A stretch of 51,993 bases of DNA, counting the filler, from Bipalium vagum (lineage: Eukaryota), in assembly GCA_037834085.1 (NCBI GenBank). It is 3 parts of 3 records of this genome, joined end to end, with 100 filler letters (N's around TTAATTAATTAA, not from the genome) between each part and the next. Parts side by side here need not be neighbours in the genome. Positions count along the whole stretch, not along the records: positions 18,934 to 34,661 come from JBBMKC010149286.1; positions 34,762 to 51,993 come from JBBMKC010073965.1; 1 more part is not named here. One strand, written 5' to 3'. Under the pieces are notes generated by a model. It made no database searches and had not been told where the DNA came from. It saw only the letters and a program-made list of their open reading frames with translations. Both the position numbers and the translations under genes were made by a program. Numbering within the stretch: the first letter of the stretch is position 1; every line of letters starts with the position of its first letter. Below are positions 27,901-39,100 of this stretch, piece after piece.

Positions 27901-30900
27901 GTTTACTTTTTGCCGCAATATCACAGTCAACCTGTTCGGCATAGAATCAATCAATTTTGAACAATAGTTCATGGTAATTTCGTTAACAAAAACAAGTTTA
28001 ATTATTTCAGTTAAATTTAGGTATGACGTAGGATTAGGCAGAAAGACTTTTTGTTTTAGAACTTTCCAGCAGTTCTCAATGGGCGATAGATCTGGAGAGC
28101 TTCCTGGCGATGGACCAATGACATTAATATTATTATTAATAAGTCAAACTTTGTTGATGTGTGCCTGATGACACGGCACCCCACCATGTTGTAAATAATC
28201 ACAATTTTCAATTGCAAGAAACGGTTTAACTTTTTCTTCTACAATCGTTTTATAGACAGTTTCATTGACGGTTTTATTTGAAGGAAGAAACCAATGACGA
28301 CAGGAATAATACTAAATAAATGACAGGGTGGCTGATGAATTATCTAATATAACATGTCTTAAAAAGTGAATGATAAAAAACGAATTTATCCAGGACATGA
28401 CTGCAGGCTACAAACTCAAAGACTAAAAAAAATTTGTTTTTATAAGTTCTTTTTCTTTCTTAACATGAATATTATACAGTCTCGTTGTCTTTCCTAAGTA
28501 TTATTTAAAACTTAACGAAAATTAATATCTTAATCTTTCATTAATTTTAATCAGTCACTTTTATCAGTTGTTAAAGGGAAAACTGGCCCTAATATACCTA
28601 ATATGCTTTATATTTTTCAACGTCAAATAAAAACACAGTGTTCATTCAGGTATCTCTACATAACTCAGTATGTTCTTCCATAACTTTAATGCGAAATATA
28701 CATGATTTTTGCTTTTCATCTAAGTTTTTATAAATAAAGTAATAATTTAAAATAATAATTATTATTTCACGCAACATATTTTTGAGGAAGCGCTGATTGA
28801 ATTTGTTTGAGAAAAGATTGCATATGATATTTTCTGTACGTAACATCCAATTCTTCCCTTCATAGATCAATAGAAACCGTTATTTGCAAGATTCCATTTG
28901 TTTTTATTCAATTTCTTATTTAATCAAATTAGTTTCAAAACTGGAGAAAAATAAATAAAGTAAATTAGAAATTCATTTTAAATTCATTGGGCTTCTATAA
29001 GGCTATTCTGTCAACAATACCAGGACACATATTTTAAGAAGCATCATTCTTCACAACTTCAGTGTTTTCCTAACATTTTACAAATTTGGACTTGTACTGA
29101 ATTGACAATAAAGGTATTAATGGCTATAAAAGCTTTTTGAAGTGATTTTGAATGAGATCTCTTAAGATTCCATTATCTTTATTAAAAAAAATAATATGAA
29201 CAGTAATATTGGTAGTAATAATAATAGATTGGTGCATTAAAAATGTCGTTTTTTACTGCATTTTTGAAAATCGGTATTGAAATAAGTGAAATCTTTCATT
29301 AAATAAATAATATTTTAACAAATAATGTATGATATTTGTTTTATTGATTACAGAATTCAAATTTTAGCTCACTATGTTTAAATTTTTCTAAAGAAATCTA
29401 TACTAATGATATGAGTATTATAATTCATTAGGAGTTTCTACTTGGAAATTTTACCGTGAAAGCAAATACGAATCTTCAAAAAGTCTATGGAGATGATGTA
29501 ATTTCTAATCGGACGTTTCAACTCTGGTTCGCAAAATTCATATCTGGTAACTCAATCCTTGAAAAGGAAGGTTCTTTTTTGGTATCGGAACGAACTTCCT
29601 ATTGGCTGTGTTCCGATACCAAAAAGTGCAATCCTATTGGTTAATTTAATTGTAAAATTATTTCTTCTCTGAAAATTAATGATGAAGAATGTTACCTTTA
29701 AGATAAGAGCTACTTAGGTCATCATAAAACATGAATTAATCAGTCTTTCTGCGATTTCCAAGTAGTAGAATTGATAGTGATAAATACATTTTAATTGATA
29801 TTTTATATGTTTACTGTTATTGAAAATCTTAGTAAGAAGTCATTAAAATAAATGAAAGTGACCTTAATTATAAATATTCAAAAAACAAAATTTAAAAATT
29901 AAATTAAAGTTAAAAAGTATCAATTTTTAAAAAGCTTCATCTTATGATTTATGACTAAATTAAAATAATAACACTACTAAACGTATGTGTTTTAGTGCAT
30001 AAAGACTGATTAATTCATGTTTTATGATGACCTATAAATGACCTTAACCAATAGGTTCCGATACCAAAAAAGAACCAAAATGAACAAAGATGTATATCTG
30101 GAACAGTTCTTGACAACAAAGTTTTGAATCATTGCCAAACAACAAGCAAACTTAGTAGGACACACCCCGTTCACTATACTACAGCTTGCAGCCATTTTCA
30201 TTTGTTATTGCGCTGGCAGATGTGTGTAACTGCTAAAGTAGCCTTTTTTTATAAAAAAAATGATTGTATAAAGCCTTTTATGTCACTTATTTTTCACATC
30301 TAAAAATTTTATAAAAAAGACGCTTCGTATAAACCAACCTAATAATGATTAATTAAAAAATAATTTAAAATAAAAATGATACAAGAATTGGAAAAAGAAA
30401 AGCGAGTTATCATTTAAGGTTTAAAGTAACATAAGAATTAAGTTTTGTTTAACTTAAAAATAAATTTGCAATAATTCCCGAATCTTTTAATAGAAAAATA
30501 ATCTTTTTCCACGTCAATAATATTTTCATTATTCTGAAAAAGTATTGGGAAAATCTTTCTGATTGTGAAATGCTGAAAATTTTGACAGTCACGTCAAGTA
30601 AATGGCAGAATTTGAAGATCAATTCAAAATTTAATAAATAAAATATCAAAGACATTTTCGAAATTCTTTTTTTCCTCCAAATTGAACGCCATTAAATTAT
30701 TAATTAGGCGAAAATAACATTTCCATCCATCTTTTCTTCGTGCAGCTGTCACATGGTGAAATCTATTCTGGGTTGAAGTTTATTTTTCATGTCTTGAAAA
30801 TATTTTTTTGGAATATTTATAGATCGTGAAGGAATGATTCCAGTAATTATACGTATATTTTTAAAGAACTTCGAAAGAGTTTCTGTTAGCTTGAAAGTAA

Positions 30901-33234
30901 AGAAAAATTATAAATGGAGGGAACTGGAAAATTAAAAAGTATACTTTGGTTTTAAATAATATACAATTTGACTTTAGAAAAACATTTTGTTTAAATATTT
31001 GGTATAAGTTTCCATCGCTGACATATTTTTGACATTTTAAATATTATTATAACATACATTGTGTTTATAACACAGTTGTTTAAATAAGTCATTTTTGATC
31101 ATATTGATATGTAGGAAACCGATACACACCCATAATGATTATAAATTTAAACTCGATTGGTTTAATGGTTTCCTAATGAATTTTACCAAAAAAATTTAAG
31201 TCGTAGAAAGTTTAAAAATTAAAACAACAGATATCAATAACGTTAGTAGATGGATTAACCGATTTAAAAATAAAAAATGAATTTCTCTGATCCAGTTAGA
31301 AGTAGTAGACCATTACCAAGTTAGAGTCAGTCACATTTGGAACTTGAAAATAATTAAAAAAGAAATAATCAGTTTTGAAAGAAATGGATTTTAAGACATT
31401 CTCAAGAATGATTGTGAAATGAACGCTTGCCTTTCAATGCTATTAGAATATTCAAAGTTATCCAGATTTAAAAATATCAGCATTGTTTTATATCAATAAA
31501 ACAAGTTTGAAATAAATGGTGCAACTTCAATTTTTAAAAAATAATATTTTTGAATTGGAAATAAAATCTGATTTTGTAGATTAGAGTTTTAGTTGAAAGC
31601 TTTTTACAAAAAAAATTTGAATTACAGTATAAAGTAAATTTTGTTTAGGTATAGGAAAAATTAATATTTAAAGAGCTGATGTATCTAAAATCCTTTCATT
31701 CAGCTGAATGAGGACATTAATATAATTGACAATTATCCTTATTGGGAAGGTGCATCCATAGTTGATTGCAGGTACTGTCAAGTTGAAAGTTGATGAAAAA
31801 GAAAACTTTACAGTTACCTGATAGTGTACGGTAATATATTTCAATAAATTTTTTAAAAATATGAAATGTTCAGGTTTCAAACTGAAAATTGACAACCGAT
31901 TTTATCCATAATTAAAGTTGATCAAAAAGGAAGATCTATTGTGTCCCATTTTTCAAGATACGGGGAATTTTCAGTATATACAAAAATGGCATTTTATTCC
32001 CTCTTGTTTTTAAATAAAACAAAAAATATTGATTAAAACATCAGCAGGCATTAAATTATACTAATAAAATTTTTTATTTGAGGTGAATCGAAAGATATGG
32101 ACCAAGAACCTTTCCGGAGTATATCGCAGTAAGCAATCCACTTTTTCACCAAGTATCAACTGATGAATAATATATCAATAAATTAATTGCAAATAAAAAC
32201 CGGACTTCAAAAAATAAACTATTCCCATCTGTTGTGAAAGTAAATCACGACTTTTTCAACAACCTGATATCTTCAATTATATCTTCAAATTCTTCTGCCT
32301 GATCTGAACGTTTTATATTTTGAATCACCAAATTACAGTCGTTTGATGTTCTCTCGAAAAGCTTCAGAAAGAACATACTTTCAATAAACTTTGAAAATCA
32401 GTATGATTTTTAAAACTAATATGTTGAGATTAAAACAAAAAATATTTGTTTTCAACTAATCGATCTTTGAGTTCTTCAAAAATTAAAGTAAACTATAAAA
32501 TTCATTTTAAAGCTTAGAGCTGATACATCAAAAATCTTGCCAGCTTATTTAAAGCACATTTATTAGTTCAATGAAAAATGATAATTATAATTATAAGAGT
32601 GTAGAATGTGTAGAATTAAATAGACCAAAAAATTAATGTTGCAAAATCAATACTGACTGGAAATCAAAAATCAAAGAAATTATTATAAAATTAATATTAT
32701 ATGAGAATTTTATATAAACTAAAAATAAACGTCGTATTTTCCTTATAAATAATAAAATAACGGATTTTAATTAAAGATATCACACATCTTAATTAAATTA
32801 AATGCCAATTTTTATGTTTCATATATCCAAGCATTTGTTTTTGAAATATATAATAGACTTGTACGTTTGTCGAAATCGATGTAAAATATATAATAATTTT
32901 ATGTATTTTTGAAAAAAAAATATTAATAATACTATAATAAATAATAATATTATTTTAATAAATAATATTATTATTATCATATAATATTGATTTTTAGAAA
33001 ATACAATTTACAATTTTTATAACTTAATTTTTTCTAACATATATCTTGAAATTAATAAATCAGTCCTAGCAAATTATTATTTTTAAATGGGTTCGATGTT
33101 TTTTCCCCGTAAATGGAAGAAATAGATAAGAGAATATTCTGTCATCGACGAATATAAATCAGATATATATTCAGGGCAAATAATTCCACTTGCCTTAACA
33201 TGTCCACTTAAGATATTTTGATATAACAATATAA
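22320..33234 (+). CDS. Large multi-exon gene (helical region then WD40/beta-propeller-like repeats; weakly reminiscent of NWD1/2-type proteins) with dozens of in-frame TAA/TAG/TGA codons; may be more than one gene
   Basis: Exon candidates: 22320-22512, 22571-~22659, ~22719-22780, 22834-22951, 23055-23694, 24282-~24569, ~25955/26094-26293, 26916-27181, 27257-?, 28650-28723, 28787-~29200, ~30494-30948, 31649-31830, 31874-32400, 33064-33234. Phase-matched junctions include 23694>24282, 26293>26916>27257, 28723>28787 and 30948>31649>31874>33064. Exon 26916-27181 is open for 88 codons except one TGA (GFY[W]RRIY). The frame of the first exons is ambiguous. Confidence 0.55.
23912..24270 (-). mobile_element. 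pogo/Tigger-like 3' end fragment (intronic)
   Basis: TA-CAGTGAAACCTGTC..GGACACC terminus; the minus strand ends in a KQSSLDDF-type transposase tail. Confidence 0.55.
25060..25945 (+). mobile_element. Degenerate DD37E-like (TRT/ITmD37E) Tc1-superfamily transposon
   Basis: KYLVWQ, YLEDCL, LATLHY and NPANVPNLRPTENLWA motifs with frameshifts. Confidence 0.6.
26353..26763. repeat. Imperfect ~60-bp direct repeat pair flanking a possible Penelope-like remnant
   Basis: ATACAGATACGA...TTTTATATAACATTAATAAACTAA..CTAATC at 26353-26412 and 26704-26763. Confidence 0.6.
27471..28330 (-). mobile_element. Degenerate Tc1 (DD34E) 3' portion
   Basis: TA-CAGTCGTGACC terminus at 27469; QHGGVPCH...PGSSPDLSPIENCWKVLK at about 28200-28050. 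Confidence 0.75.
29225..30342 (+). mobile_element. Internally deleted mariner interrupted by a foldback element
   Basis: ORF 29456 NLQKVYGDDVISNRTFQLWFAKF (HTH); HTPFTILQLAA is a YSPDL-like remnant; TIR-like ends TAGATTGGTGC and ACCAACCTAATA. Confidence 0.7.
29570..30076. mobile_element. Non-autonomous foldback/MITE-like element
   Basis: Perfect 22-bp terminal inverted repeat GGTTCTTTTTTGGTATCGGAAC at 29570-29591 and 30055-30076, plus a perfect 33-bp internal inverted repeat at 29716-29748 and 30001-30033; no ORF. Confidence 0.75.
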
Positions 33235-33253
33235 TATTATTAATATATATATA

Positions 33254-34472
33254 CTAGCTCCGAATCATAAAAAGGTGGATTTGTTATTATTTTACAGTAA
33301 ATAAGAAAGAAAATTTATATTTTTCAAATACATTAGTAATGATATAACAATAATAGAAGTTATTCATGTTTAATATTTATAGCCGTTTCTATGGAAATAA
33401 TAATCAAGTTGATGGTACGAGATTTCGTACTGAAGAGAGAAGTACTTCGTCTTTGGTAGACCAAAATTCGGCTGGTAACACAGCCCACAATTCATCTTGG
33501 TTTTTGCACATGGTTTTATGATATTGTTTACTCAAAGAATGAAAAAACCCGATAAAATTAAGGTTTATTCTCGTGATTGAGCCGGTTGGTTTTTACTTTG
33601 AACATTGTTTATACCAGTATGTGGACGAGCATAATCCGTTTGAATTAAAACGTTTTTGAACCTATGAATTTTGTTTGAAACTGCAGACATAATTTCATAA
33701 AAAACATGGCAGAAGTCAATTTTGTACACATTATTACCTTTGGTGTGGTTCTTCAAAAATCGTTGAGCTTCGTGGTCTACTTGATTCCTCCAAATGCCAT
33801 CAGACTGTTGAATCTATTTTTTAAGTTTTGTTTGGCAACAACAGTTGTCATTATCTTCGAGATATTAGCCTTGTTTACTATAGTTACTTTCTACCTTGAA
33901 CTATTATCATGATATTTTCTATGATTGAAGGAATAGCTCTAGAACATTTTTTTCAATATCCACATAATTATCCCATGTATTATATCTGTGATGTCGGCAT
34001 CACTTCAAACTTCCAGTCTCGTGATCATTTGACAAAAGTGGACATGTTCCTCTAGGTACTAGTTTAAAATTTTTATCTTTAATAATTCTTCCGATACTAG
34101 TTGTTTGAATGACAGTCTCCAGTGAAATGTCAAAGGTTGTACTGAAGCGAAGTTTAATAATGACATTTATTACTGCTGCCATCCATTCATTTCATTTTTC
34201 AATAAAAGGTCTGCCAGAATCTTTTTTTCTTCATATTGAAGCACGTTACATTAAATGTCTGCATAAATCTTAGATCGTTTCGTATTTTGCGTGCATCTTA
34301 ATCAGTGATCTCTCATAAATGAATAATAAAAACATTTTATCTTTTTTATCAGTTACAGTTGACATTTAAAGTCCTCTAAATATCAAATAAAAATACCTAT
34401 TTAAAACACCAAATAACCCATTTGATGAAAATTCATAAATTAAAAATCCACTTTTTTGCGGTTTGGAGGTAG
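33254..34472 (-). mobile_element. Degenerate DD39D-type (plant/Stowaway-related, Guest) mariner-like element
   Basis: TA-flanked TIRs CTAGCTCCGAATCATAAAAAGGTGGATTT and CTACCTCCAAACCGCAAAAAAGTGGATTT; VLIQTDYARPH..QPAQS..GFFHSL motifs. Confidence 0.65.
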
Positions 34473-34661
34473 TATATATTTATATTAGTGTTACGTTTTC
34501 CTAAAAGGTTGACTTTACAAGAACTGAACTATGACTTTTAAGTCACTTAACAAGATTTAGACTCTCAAAAGGATTTACGGGCGAACTACTGTCACAATAA
34601 AAACAAATCGATCACAATATAAATGACTAAGATAACAAGTTTTAATAACAAAATCTTTATT

Positions 34662-34761
34662 NNNNNNNNNNNNNNNNNNNNNNNNNNNNNNNNNNNNNNN
34701 NNNNNTTAATTAATTAANNNNNNNNNNNNNNNNNNNNNNNNNNNNNNNNNNNNNNNNNNNN
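34662..34761. other. Artificial 100-nt contig linker (44 N + TTAATTAATTAA + 44 N)
   Basis: Same structure as 18834-18933. Confidence 0.95.
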
Positions 34762-35039
34762 ATATAGTAATAATGAAGCAGTAAAACAATTTCAATTTAT
34801 TAAAAAAACGCTAATAACTTTTGACTCAACCTGGTATACACTTCCTTCAAACGGAAGTTGGTGAGCCCTAAGTTTAGTCGTAATTTTAAATTAATCAATA
34901 AATCTTTGTCGGTGTTCTAACCCAACATTTCTGAAACTCAGAAATGTAAAATATAAATAAATGATATACACAATTTTTAGTAAAATCTAAAAATATTTAA
35001 TATATAATTTTTTTAATTATTTGCTTTAATATTGATAAA

Positions 35040-35768
35040 GATGTTTTTATAAATTTCAGAATGTTGACAACAAAAGAAAGAATATTTGTATGTTTGGAAT
35101 GTCCTACCAAAAAATCAGTAATCGTAGTTTAACGGTTTCTGGTTGTTTGAATCGTCACAACTGCATCGTATGTATTCATGAAAATCCGGGAAACACTTCT
35201 GAATTCCAAGAAAATCAGCTTTGTCAATGTTTTGTTAGCGATGTCTCCTAAAAAATTAATTGGTCCCTACCTTTTAAATCGGGCACTGTGATATCAGAAA
35301 ATTATTTACAGATGTTTAAAGATTATTTTGTACCTACTCTTAAAAACCAAAGAATTCTGAGAAAATCATTTTTCCAACAAAATGGAGCACTTCCACACTG
35401 GAGTATGACAGTACGTCAAATTTCTCAATGATTGGCTTTAATGTTGGGCTCCAAAGAGTCCAGATCTCACTCCATTGAAATTTTTCTTGAATGGGTATTT
35501 AAAGGACTTTGTCTATCGTAACCGTTTATTTATCATAGATAAATTGAAGAAAAACATTGAAATAAACAAACCAATGTTGAGCACAGTAGTGAAAAACTGC
35601 ATTTCTCGTTTCATGCTATTGAAAGACAAAAATGAACATCATTTTGAACACACTTTATGACAACATAAACTGTAATTAAACATATTAACATATTGTCACT
35701 TGTTTTTTGTAATAATAATAATATTTACAAATTGTTAAAATTATGAATAAACTTATGGATTACTCTGT
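35040..35768 (+). mobile_element. Degenerate rosa/Visitor (DD41D-type) transposon, internally deleted
   Basis: FFQQNGALPHW..WAPKSPDLTPLKFFLNGYLKDFVY..HHFEHTL; right terminus ACTCTG-TA. Confidence 0.75.
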
Positions 35769-36161
35769 ATATATGGAAAAGCCATAAGCCCTAAAGAGGA
35801 GGTGCATAACTTCAACCGGTAGCCAGCTTGGAGTGACTGGTTAAAAGCCGTCATTGTTACTGGAATTTTTAAGTGATTTCATCATTTTTTTCCTCTATTA
35901 TTTCCTCAAAGCAACTTTTCAGTGGCTACTTAAATTAAGATTTTTTTTTAATTTGATAAAAAAATTGAAATAGGACTTTCCTACACGAGCCTTTCTCTAA
36001 GATTACCAATGATGTACATCTTTTTTTGTCAACGAAATTGAAAAAAGGGGTTTTTCATAATAATTAATTGCCAATAATTCTTTTAGTACCAGCCTAGAAG
36101 AACTTATTTAAAAGTAAGATATAATTGAAATCAAATAAAATATATCGATTATTATATTACG

Positions 36162-39100
36162 ATGATTTCTGAACTTCAACAGATAACAATACCTAAAAAC
36201 GATACTGTAATGTAAGTTTTATAATTATCTTGGTTCCGTAAACTGCAAGACCTTAGCAAAAAGGCTTTCAACGATGAATCTCTTGCATATAACCTCATTT
36301 ATGGGGATGTTGCTTATCGCTTATCAACCGGAAGGGTATTAGACAAATCTGAAACTCGTCGGCTTAGTTTTCGCACAGAAGTATATAAAGAACTGGACGA
36401 AAGGCTGTTTAAAAAATATTGTGATTTACAGGTGAGCATAAATAATGGAAATTTTCAATAAAAGTCTGATATTATCATTTTACTCCAGAGAAAACTTTAT
36501 GAAATTGAGGATGACAAAAGAAAATTGGAAAGGAAAAAAAGGAAATTTCAAAAGTACATAGAAGATACGGTTCCTTTTGTCGATGATAATAATGGTCGAT
36601 ATATTAAAACATTGGAGATTATCAAGAAAGATATACGACTTTCAAAATTAAAAAACAATCAGCTGGAAGAAATTAAGATGGAAATTTCTTTTCTTATGAA
36701 GAGGTTGTTGACGTGATTGTCTGTTATTATAGATTATATGATGACTTAAGGAAAGCATTTTTCGTTTCAGCCAACATACAGTTGAAAAATTATGAAAACT
36801 TCTTGCTTGATGTTCTAAGTATTTTGCCATCAGGTATCATTGTTTGATCAACAAAACCTGTTGCCAACACGTTGTTCTAGATTATGTCAAAGGACTGAAA
36901 GAGAATAATTTGAACGCTCTTCTGAGAAGGTATAAGTCTCTATTATTTATGAATAGAGTCATTACTTCTGATCTGAATCGAACTTCAAACGCGGTACTAT
37001 TTTTGTGTTTAATGAATTTCTATGGATAAGATATCACATATATACTTCTATTTTCTTGAATAATTAACTTATTTTTTGTAACAAGCTTAACACATTTCCG
37101 GTATTCAAAAGTTTGAAAAACTTTTAGTGTTAAACATATTATTAAACATAATAAATTTTAATTCCGTCAAATTTTATGATAAATCAATGAAATTCACCAG
37201 TACATAAGTGTAATATCGAATTTTTGTTATTGAAATTTCAGTCATTTCAATGTCAAGATGAAATGAATTTTGTCGTGTTTGGTCATGAATTTGAATAAAT
37301 TAGCTCAGAAGTAAGATGACCTTGTTAGTTACATTTATATCAGTTGACAAGTTTTCAAGACTCATTTCCAAATTATATATTATAAATTATTTTTAATCCT
37401 CACAGACCTAACGCAATAAAATATGACTTTTATCAAGAATTTTTATGATTTCAATGCGTATAAAAATAATAATTTAACAATAGGCCTCCATATTCTTACT
37501 AACTGAACCAGATAGATGAAGTTTCAAACGTATAGTAATATTGATAAATAACTCTCTTATTTCTGTAGTTGCGGAGTTTGATGAAAGATTTGGACACCTG
37601 TCACCACAAAACGGGCTCTTTACAGTCTCAGCGAAGCATACGTCTTCCACAGATGAACAATCGCTTGCTGAAAGTTGAAAACGAGCTGAGCACCACAATG
37701 ACAAATTACATTGAATCCTACACTATTTTAAGGCAGAAGATGCACATTTTCGGTGTCATGCTCCGATCCATTAACAATATCACAAATAAAGTATTCCAAA
37801 TAATGGAAAGAGGGTTTGTTTGTGAATTAGACACGAATCTGGATCCTCAAGTTTTAGTAAAATTTTTATTTTATTTACAAACTCTAACTGATGTATGTAT
37901 AGTTTTTATTTTTAAGAAATATAAACTTCACACGAATAATAATAAAAAAAATTATCATATTATTGGAACTGCATCACAAACCTTTGAATAATCATATTAA
38001 TATTTAGTATTATATAAAATCTCATTTTACTATAATTTTTAATAAAATTTTATACTATTTATTTATATAAATATTTCTAATGAATAAATAAAAAAATTTT
38101 GAACCGTAAATTGACAAATTGGAAACAACTTCTGGAAATTTTTTTATTAATGAAAATAGTCTGAAAAATTAAAGACAAATCCCTTTAAAAATTCCATTCC
38201 AAAAAATTGGCACCATAATTTTATAATAAAAAACAGACTTGATTTTAATGGACCGAGGGCTCAGAACAGGTATAAATACCTGACCTTTTCCACAGAAAAT
38301 AAAAGCAGAAATAGATTTATCTGGCAAATATAAAGATTTTAGTAGGAAAAGTTAAGCGTACACATATTTTATTTAATATGAATTCTGCAGAGTAAAATAT
38401 GTTCTTAATGTATTTTCATTTGTATAAAAATCAAATGTCGTTGAAAGTTTTCGATTTAAAAGTTCATAATTGAAAAATTCTGAACTGCTTAAAAAGAAAG
38501 TAAAAAAAAAAAGCGACCGAAAAAAAGAAGTAGAACAAGGCTTGGAAAATTTGCCCGTTGGAAGTAAGCTGCGTCTGACTAACAGAATTGTGAGACCAAA
38601 GTGAAGAGTGATTTATCATACTCAACCCCAGTTTTCTAAAAAGAAACATGATAAGTATTTACCGACGTGGATACCTGGCGTACTCTAACTCTAATACCTG
38701 AAGAAGAATTTGTCCTGAAAATCTTTCATTAAGCTAAAGATACATTAGAATGATACAAAATAAATAATTTGAAATTTTTTCATCAACAAATCAAGCCTCC
38801 TAACTGTTTGGAACTCTGATCAGTAGAAAAGGGTAATTGTAAAACGGAATTTAAATAACACACAGGGCGTTGCAAATAATGAAGCAGACTTTAATAGAAA
38901 GTGTAAAAATTGAATGGACAAGGTAACTAGAGTGACTGTGCAAAATTTGATGGAAGGAATAAAAAGAAAAGTTCGCCAATTTTTCAAATATCAATTATAA
39001 GAAGTGGTTCGAACAATTAATTTACTTGAACTTTTTAAAATAGTGACTTCATGCCTAAATTAGCGATTATTAAATGTTTTTAATTTAAAGTTGTTAAAAA

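Noticed and set aside
36930-36956. Possible 27-nt GT-AG micro-intron
   Set aside because: In frame, stop-free, and encodes the family-like RYKSL motif, so it is treated as coding.
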